This document shows, one piece after another, positions 16,758 to 23,535 of a DNA stretch of 23,535 bases. The stretch spans positions 1-23,535 of IMG/VR virus record IMGVR_UViG_2859799533_000003; one strand, 5' to 3'. Under the pieces are notes generated by a model. The model was not told where the DNA came from. It did not search any database and saw nothing but the letters and a program-made list of their open reading frames with translations. Positions within the stretch are counted from its first letter, which is position 1; every line of letters begins with the position of its first letter. The stretch comes from a virus (taxonomy: Duplodnaviria > Heunggongvirae > Uroviricota > Caudoviricetes). The position numbers and the translations under genes are program-made.

Positions 16758-17780
16758 TTGTTTACGACCCGCCAGTTACTCGGTTATACCGAACAAAAAG
16801 TGAAATTCCGTGCGCTGTTTCTGGAGCTGTTTTTCCGCCGTACGGTGAATTTCCACACCGAAGAGGTGATGCTGGACAAAATTACCGGAAAAACGCCGGT
16901 GGCGGCCTATGTCTCCCCGATCGTTGAAGGAAAAGTGCTTCGCCATCGCGGTGGTGAAACCCGCGTGTTACGTCCGGGCTACGTCAAGCCGAAACACGAA
17001 TTTAATTACCAGCAGGCGGTTGAGCGCCTTCCTGGTGAAGATCCGGCTCAGCTGAACGACCCGGCCTACCGTCGTCTGCGTATCATTACCGATAACCTCA
17101 AACAGGAAGAGCACGCCATTGTCCAGGTGGAAGAAATGCAGGCGGTGAATGCCGTGCTGTATGGCAAATACACCATGGAAGGGGATCAGTTTGATACTGT
17201 CGAGGTGGATTTCGGGCGCTCTGAAGGAAATAACATTGAGCAGGCTGACGGTAAAAAATGGTCTGAGCAGGACCGTGATACGTTTGATCCGACGCATGAT
17301 ATTGACCTCTACTGCGATCAGGCCAGCGGCCTTGTGAATATCGCCATTATGGACGGTACGGTCTGGCGTCTGCTGAATGGCTTTAAGCTGTTCCGCGAAA
17401 AACTGGATACCCGTCGCGGCTCAAATTCACAACTCGAAACGGCAGTGAAAGATCTGGGCGCAGTGGTGTCCTTCAAGGGGTATTACGGCGATCTGGCCAT
17501 TGTGGTGGCGAAAACGTCTTATGTGGCAGAGGACGGTACCGAAAAACGTTATCTGCCGGAGGGCATGCTGGTGCTGGGGAATACGGCGGCAGAGGGGATT
17601 CGTTGCTATGGTGCCATTAAGGATGCACAGGCGTTGTCTGAAGGAGTGGTGGCTTCTTCCCGTTACCCGAAACACTGGCTGACCGTGGGCGATCCGTCCT
17701 GTGAATTCACCATGACGCAGTCCGCTCCGCTGATGGTGCTGCCGGATCCGGATGAGTTTGTGGTGGTACAGGTGAAATAA
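16758..17780 (+). CDS. E: major capsid protein (lambda gpE-like); 5' end abuts IS629, native start and RBS replaced
   Basis: 340-aa ORF collinear with recalled lambda E (FTTRQLL ... SPIVEGKVLRHRGG ... KLDTRRGSNSQLETAVKDLG ... SAPLMVLPDPDEFVVVQVK); ORF begins at TTG 3 bp after the IS629 terminus. Confidence 0.85.
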   Translation: MFTTRQLLGYTEQKVKFRALFLELFFRRTVNFHTEEVMLDKITGKTPVAAYVSPIVEGKVLRHRGGETRVLRPGYVKPKHEFNYQQAVERLPGEDPAQLNDPAYRRLRIITDNLKQEEHAIVQVEEMQAVNAVLYGKYTMEGDQFDTVEVDFGRSEGNNIEQADGKKWSEQDRDTFDPTHDIDLYCDQASGLVNIAIMDGTVWRLLNGFKLFREKLDTRRGSNSQLETAVKDLGAVVSFKGYYGDLAIVVAKTSYVAEDGTEKRYLPEGMLVLGNTAAEGIRCYGAIKDAQALSEGVVASSRYPKHWLTVGDPSCEFTMTQSAPLMVLPDPDEFVVVQVK

Positions 17781-17788
17781 TCCGTGAG

Positions 17789-17816
17789 CGGGGCGAAATG
17801 CCCCCGTGTCTTTTTT
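17789..17816 (+). terminator. terminator-like hairpin plus T6 directly after the capsid gene
   Basis: cggggc gaaat gcccc(c)g followed by tgtctttttt; lies between E stop and FI SD (aggagg). Confidence 0.45.
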
Positions 17817-17830
17817 CACAGGAGGCTGAG

Positions 17831-18214
17831 ATGGCAACAAAAGAAGAAAATCTGAATCGTCTTCGTCAACTGGCTGGCCTGCTGGGGCGCGAGGCGGATA
17901 TGTCGGGGAGTGCTGCGGATATTGCTCAACGTGTGTCTGAGTGGGAAGAGGAGCTTGCTGTTTCCCCGGAGGGCATTATGCACTCTGATGAGAGCGGGGC
18001 TGATCAAAATCACACAGACGATGGTGAGCAGTTGAACAACACGGATGCTCCGGATGATGTTAAAGCCGTCCGGGTACGGAAGTGCCTGCAAGTAATGGGG
18101 TATTGCCCGGAGACAGGTCGTCCCGTTGAGCTGGCGTTACGGGGTATGTGTGTTCTGGTGCCATCATCACTGGCAACGGCCATGATACAGCACGGAACGG
18201 CTGAATATGCGTGA
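17831..18214 (+). CDS. FI: DNA-packaging protein FI-like
   Basis: ATG 17831 with AGGAGG SD; acidic low-complexity middle and conserved position between E and FII; weak similarity to recalled lambda FI. Confidence 0.5.
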   Translation: MATKEENLNRLRQLAGLLGREADMSGSAADIAQRVSEWEEELAVSPEGIMHSDESGADQNHTDDGEQLNNTDAPDDVKAVRVRKCLQVMGYCPETGRPVELALRGMCVLVPSSLATAMIQHGTAEYA

Positions 18215-18558
18215 TTTTCAGAATGCCTTTGATGCTGCCCTCGCCGGGGTAGACAGTACGATCGTTGAAGTGATGGGGCTCTGTGCGCAGTTCACCTCGG
18301 GGCACAGTGTGGCAGCGAAGTTCAGGGGGTTTTTGATGATCCGGAGTCGCTGGGGTTTACCGGTGGCGGGGTCCGTATTGAAGGAAGCAGCCCGTCATTA
18401 TTTGTGCGGACGGATACGGTTCGTGCCGTGCGGCGTGGTGACACGCTGACCATTAATGGTGAGATATTCTGGGTGGATCGTGTTTCTCCGGATGACGGGG
18501 GCAGCTGTTATCTCTGGCTCAACCGTGGTCAACCACCCGCAGTTAACCGGCGACGATA
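18207..18558 (+). pseudogene. FII: head-tail joining protein FII-like, frameshifted (1-bp deletion in G5 run at 18325-18329)
   Basis: N-terminal frame (MRDFQNAFDAALAGVDSTI...TSG...RG) and C-terminal frame (VFDDPE...FWVDRVSPDDGGSCYLWLNRGQPPAVNRRR) both match recalled lambda FII but are offset by one base at agggggttttt. Confidence 0.7.
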
Positions 18559-18574
18559 AACGCAGGGTGAAATT

Positions 18575-19108
18575 ATGGCGATAAAAGGGCTTGATCAGGC
18601 GATTGACAATCTGAGCCGGGTTCGTAAAAACGCCATTCCGGCGGCTTCAGCAATGGCCATTAACCGCGTGGCCACAACGGCGATTAATCAGTCTTCATCA
18701 CAGGTTGCCCGGGAGACAAAGGTTCGCCGGAAACTGGTTAAGGAACGGTCCAGACTGAAACGGGCGACGGTCAGAAATCCGAATGCCAAAATTATCGTTA
18801 ACCGCGGTGATCTCCCTGTGATTAAGCTGGGGATCAGGATGCTGGGGCGTCGCCCGAACAGCATACTTAAAGCCGGTCAGCATCGGTATCAGCGGGCATT
18901 TATTCAGCGATTAAAAAATGGTCGCTGGCATGTCATGCAGCGTGTGGCCGGGAAAAACCGTTACCCCATTGATGTGGTGAAAATCCCGATGGCGGCCCCA
19001 CTGAAACAGGCATTTGATGAGAATGTTGACCGTATCCGGCGTGAACGCCTGCCTAAAGAACTGGCATACGCGCTGAAACAACAACTGAGGATTGCAATAA
19101 AACGATGA
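18575..19108 (+). CDS. Z: minor tail protein Z-like
   Basis: 177-aa ORF, near-collinear with recalled lambda Z (MAIKGL.QA..NLSR...INRVA...SQVARETKVRRKLVKER.RLKRATV...RWHVMQRVAGKNRYPIDVVKIPMA). Confidence 0.85.
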   Translation: MAIKGLDQAIDNLSRVRKNAIPAASAMAINRVATTAINQSSSQVARETKVRRKLVKERSRLKRATVRNPNAKIIVNRGDLPVIKLGIRMLGRRPNSILKAGQHRYQRAFIQRLKNGRWHVMQRVAGKNRYPIDVVKIPMAAPLKQAFDENVDRIRRERLPKELAYALKQQLRIAIKR

Positions 19109-19499
19109 AACACACTGACATTCGTGCCGCAGTGCTGGATGCGCTCGAGCAGCATGAACACGGGCGACGCTGTTTGATGGTCGCCCCGTTGTTTTTGACG
19201 AAGAGGATTTTCCTGCGATCGCGGTTTATCTGACGGATGCAGAGTATACCGGTGAAGAGCTGGATGCAGATACCTGGCGGGCCACGCTGCATATTGAGGT
19301 GTTTTTACCGGCACAGGTACCGGATTCAGAGCTTGATCAGTGGATGGAAAGCCGGATTTACCCGGCGATGACCGCGATCCCGGCACTGGCAGGACTGATT
19401 ACCACGATGGTTACGCAGGGCTATGAGTATCGTCGTGATGACGATATGGCGTTATGGAGTTCTGCAGATCTGACTTATTCCATTACATACGAGATGTGA
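19105..19499 (+). pseudogene. U: minor tail protein U-like, frameshifted (1-bp deletion in G run at 19162-19164)
   Basis: N-terminus MKHTDIRAAVLDALEQHEHG in one frame; remainder (TLFDGRPVVFDEEDFPAIAVYLTDAEYTGEELD...LTYSITYEM) in the adjacent frame; both match recalled lambda U. Confidence 0.75.
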
Positions 19500-19506
19500 G
19501 GACGAT

Positions 19507-20258
19507 ATGGCAACACCAAATCCCTTGAGCCGGTAAAAGGTGCCGGTACCACTCTGTGGGTTTACAACGGCAAGGGTGATGCTTATGCAAACCCGTTGTC
19601 AGACGATGACTGGCAGCGACTGGCTAAGGTGAAGGATCTGACGCCGGGCGAGATGACGGCAGAATCCTACGATGATAACTACCTGGATGATGAAGACGCG
19701 GACTGGACCGCGACCGGGCAGGGGCAGAAATCTGCAGGTGATACCAGTTTTACGCTGGCCTGGAAACCGGGAGAGGAAGGCCAGAAAGGGCTTATAGGCT
19801 GGTTTGAAAGCGGCGATGTCCGGGCCTATAAAATCCGTTTTCCGAATGGCACGGTGGATGTGTTTCGTGGCTGGGTCAGCAGTATCGGTAAGGCCGTGAC
19901 GGCGAAAGAAGTGATCACCCGCACGGTGAAAGTCACTAACGTGGGTAAACCTTCTGTAGCGGAAGAACGCAGCAAAATTACGCCGGTCAGTGCGATTAAG
20001 GTGACGCCGACATCCGGTACGGTGGCAAAAGGGAAAACAACCACCCTGACGGTTTCTTTTGAGCCGGAAAGTGCAACCGACAAGACGTTCAGAGCGGTTT
20101 CCGCCGATCCGTCGAAAGCCACCATTAGTGTGAAAGATATGACAATTACGGTAAACGGCGTGGCGACAGGTAAGGTGCAGATCCCTGTGGTGAGCGGAAA
20201 TGGTCAGTTCGCCGCAGTGGCTGAAGTCACCGTTACTGAAGCGGGCGCTGCAGGGTAA
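19507..20258 (+). pseudogene. V: major tail protein V-like, frameshifted near the N-terminus (1-bp deletion in C run at 19530-19531)
   Basis: MATPNPLS then stop; the adjacent frame continues [41 protein letters not shown]... matching recalled lambda V through to the stop at 20258. Confidence 0.75.
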
Positions 20259-20271
20259 ACGGAGGTAATAC

Positions 20272-20703
20272 ATGTTTCTGAAAACAGAACAATTTGAATA
20301 TAACGGTGTGTCTGTCACGCTTTCCGAATTGTCTGCGCTGCAGCGTATCGAGCATCTTGCCCTCCTGAAACGGCGTGCAGAACAGGCAGAATCCTGCGGC
20401 AACCTGCAGGTAAGCGTGGAAGATCTCGTCAGAACCGGCGCGTTTCTGGTGGCGATGTCCCTGTGGCATAACCATCCACAGAAAACGCAGTCACCGTCAA
20501 TGAATGAGGCCGTGATGAAGATAGAGCAGGAAGTGCTCACCACCTGGCCTGCCGATGCCATTGCCCGGGCGGAAGACGTGGTGTTGTGCCTGTCCGGGAT
20601 GATCGAAGCTGTTCGTCCGGATACTGATATTACTGAAGTGGCGAAAAATAACACGCTGACTGATGATGATTTTTCTGCGGGAAAGTCTTCGACGGCGAGC
20701 TGA
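20272..20703 (+). CDS. G: tail assembly chaperone G-like
   Basis: 143-aa ORF with GGAGG SD; matches recalled lambda G (MFLKTE.FE.NGV.VTLSELSALQRIEHLAL ... AMSLWHNHPQKTQ.PSMNEAV). Confidence 0.85.
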   Translation: MFLKTEQFEYNGVSVTLSELSALQRIEHLALLKRRAEQAESCGNLQVSVEDLVRTGAFLVAMSLWHNHPQKTQSPSMNEAVMKIEQEVLTTWPADAIARAEDVVLCLSGMIEAVRPDTDITEVAKNNTLTDDDFSAGKSSTAS

Positions 20704-21143
20704 ACTTTGCCCTCAGACTGGCGCGTGAGATGGGGAGACTCGACTGGCGCGCCATGCTTGCCGGGATGACATCCACCGAATATGCCGACTGGCACCGTTT
20801 TTACCGCACGCATTATTTTCAGGATACCCAGCTGGATATGCATTTTTCCGGGCTGACGTACGCTGTACTCAGCCTGTTTTTTTGCGATCCGGATATGCAT
20901 CCCTCTGATTTCAGTCTGCTTGTCCCCCGGCATGAGGAAGAGCAGGTGGAGAGGCCGGATGAGGACAAAATGCTGATGCAGAAAGCGGCAGGACTTGCCG
21001 GAGGCGTCCGGTTCGGTGGGGACGGAGGGCGCGATATTTTATCGTCTGCGGATGTGGCGGATGTCATGGTGGATGATGCCGCATTAATGATGGCTTCAGC
21101 GGGGATTCCGGGAGGTGTGAGATATGTCCCAGCCGGTTGGTGA
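20272..21143 (+). CDS. GT: G-T fusion tail assembly protein made by programmed -1 frameshift
   Basis: Slippery heptamer G GGA AAG in the G frame at 20679-20685; -1 frame continues GKVFDGELNFALRLAREMGRLDWRAMLAGM... matching recalled lambda T. Confidence 0.7.
20679..20685 (+). other. programmed -1 ribosomal frameshift slippery site (GGGAAAG)
   Basis: Heptamer in register with G codons (G GGA AAG), 6 codons before the G stop; conserved lambda-type G/GT recoding signal. Confidence 0.7.
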
Positions 21144-22873
21144 TCTTGTTATTGACCTGAGTCTGGATGCTGTCCGTTTCGATGAGCAGATGAGCCGGGT
21201 AAGGCGTCATTTTTCAGGTCTGGATACCGACGCCAGAAAAACCGCCAGTGCTGTTGAACAGGGCCTGAGCCGCCAGGCGCTGGCTGCACAAAAAGCCGGG
21301 ATTTCCGTCGGGCAGTATAAAGCGGCCATGCGAACCCTGCCCGCACAGTTTACGGATATCGCCACGCAGCTTGCAGGTGGTCAGAATCCCTGGCTGATCC
21401 TGCTGCAACAGGGCGGTCAGGTGAAGGACTCCTTCGGCGGGATGATCCCCATGTTCAGGGGGCTTGCCGGTGCGATCACCCTGCCGATGGTCGGGGTCAC
21501 CTCGCTGGCGGTGGCGACAGGTGCGCTGGTGTACGCCTGGTACCAGGGAGATTCCACGCTTTCAGCGTTTAATAAAACCCTGGTTCTTTCCGGTAATCAG
21601 TCCGGACTGACTGCCGATCGTATGCTGACTCTCTCAAGAGCCGGGCAGGCAGCAGGGCTGACGTTTAACCAGGCGAAAGAGTCACTGGCAGCCCTGGTGA
21701 ATGCCGGTGTGCGTGGTGGTGAACAGTTTGATGCCATCAACCAGAGTGTCGCGCGTTTTGCGTCTGCATCCGGTGTGGAGGTGGATAAAGTCGCTGAAGC
21801 CTTCGGGAAGCTGACCACTGACCCGACGTCGGGACTGATGGCGATGGCGCGCCAGTTCCGTAACGTGACGGCAGAGCAGATTGCGTATGTTGCACAGCTG
21901 CAGCGTTCCGGAGACGAGGCCGGGGCATTGCAGGCGGCGAACGATATCGCCACGAAAGGCTTTGATGAGCAGACCCGTCGCCTGAAAGAAAACATGGGAA
22001 CACTGGAGACCTGGGCGGATAAAACAGGGAAGGCATTCAAATCGATGTGGGATGCCATTCTGGATATCGGTCGTCCTGAATCCTCAGCGGATATGCTCGC
22101 CAGTGCGCAGAAGGCATTTGATGAGGCGGATAAAAAATGGCAGTGGTACCAGAGCCGGAGCCAGCGCCGGGGAAAGACCTCCTCTTTTCGTGCGAACCTT
22201 CAGGGGGCATGGGATGACCGGGAAAATGCCCGTCTGGGTCTGGCAGCGGCCACGCTGCAGTCGGATATGGAAAAAGCCGGTGAACTGGCGGCAAGGGACC
22301 GGGCTGAGCGTGAGGCGTCACAGCTGAAGTATACCGGAGAGGCGCAGAAGGCGTATGAGCGCCTGCAGACGCCGCTGGATAAATATACCGCCCGTCAGAA
22401 AGAGCTGAATAAGGCCCTGAAAGACGGAAAAATCCTGCAGGCGGATTGCAACACGCTGATGGCGTCGGCAAAAAAGGATTATGAATAGACGCTGAAAAAG
22501 CCGTCCGGTGTGAAGGTGTCTGCCGGTGAGCGCCAGGAAGACCGGGCGCATGCAGCCATGCTGGCGCTTGAAACCGAGCTCAGGACGCTGGAAAAACACA
22601 GCGGTGTGAATGAGAAAATCAGCCAGCAGCGCCGGGATTTATGGGAAGCGGAAAATCAGTATGTGGTCCTGAAAGAGGCCGCCACGAAACGGCAGTTATC
22701 TGAGCAGGAAAAATCCCTGCTGGCTCATGAGAAAGAGACGCTGGAGTACAAACGCCAGCTGGCTGAGCTGGGAGACAAGATTGAACACCAGAAGCGGCTG
22801 AATGAGCTGGCACAGCAGGCGGCGCGGTTTGAACAGCAGCAGAGCGCGAAGCAGGCGGCAATCAGCGCAAAAG
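21124..22873 (+). pseudogene. H: tail tape measure protein H-like: in-frame TAG at 22486-22488 and 3' truncation by the IS911-like element at 22874
   Basis: ORF 21124-22488 (N-terminus MSQPVGDLVIDLSLDAVRFDEQMSRV... as in lambda H) continues in the same frame after the TAG; the frame then runs into the IS terminus (tgaagtggtcaac...) at 22874. Confidence 0.75.

Positions 22874-23535
<662 letters not shown>

Noticed and set aside
19599-20933. 444-aa minus-strand ORF overlapping V, G and T
   Set aside because: Antisense shadow ORF across well-supported plus-strand phage genes; composition is Arg/Cys/His-rich, as expected from antisense of coding DNA.
21597-22471. Minus-strand ORFs (153, 99, 144 aa) within the tape measure gene
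   Set aside because: Antisense ORFs in GC-rich repetitive coding sequence; H-frame homology is far stronger.
6448-22488. Programmed stop-codon readthrough or selenocysteine recoding to explain the in-frame TGA/TAA/TAG
   Set aside because: Three different stop codons in unrelated genes, no SECIS-like hairpin immediately downstream of the TGA, and co-occurring frameshifts make pseudogenisation or sequence error more parsimonious.

Overview
This window is a decayed lambdoid prophage segment (Stx-phage-like layout but no stx genes) from an enterobacterial, E. coli/Shigella-type genome, heavily remodelled by insertion sequences. I found no convincing novel defence or other undescribed system; everything maps onto known phage or IS families. 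The window is bracketed by two inverted, near-identical IS911-like (IS3-family) copies (1-662 and 22874-23535). Left to right: (i) replication/nin-like module 780-5573: YdaU-like replication protein, Dam-type MTase, RusA, KilA-N/Roi-like protein, unknown 215-aa protein, DUF1364 protein, Q-like antiterminator. (ii) Q-distal region: tR'-like terminator, small ORF with strong terminator, 12-bp perfect hairpin, second DNA MTase broken by an in-frame TGA, tRNA trio (Ile2-CAU, Arg-UCG, Arg-UCU), a structured ~500-bp non-coding stretch where stx sits in Stx phages, and a NanS-p-type esterase broken by an in-frame TAA. (iii) A 6.5-kb IS nest 10216-16755: IS3-family remnant, an IS66-family element with an IS110-family element inserted 9 bp inside its terminus, an inverted terminase-small-subunit (Nu1-like) fragment, and IS629. 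This nest replaces the lysis, terminase and portal genes. (iv) Head/tail genes E, FI, FII, Z, U, V, G/G-T, H on the plus strand; FII, U and V each carry a 1-bp homopolymer deletion, and H has an in-frame TAG and is cut by the right IS911-like copy. The most interesting items are a candidate bridge/seek RNA in the IS110-family element, the IS-in-IS architecture, the inverted Nu1 fragment, and the lesion spectrum (three nonsense codons, four homopolymer deletions), which needs read-level checking to separate real decay from assembly error. All homology calls rest on motifs and recalled reference proteins, not database searches.
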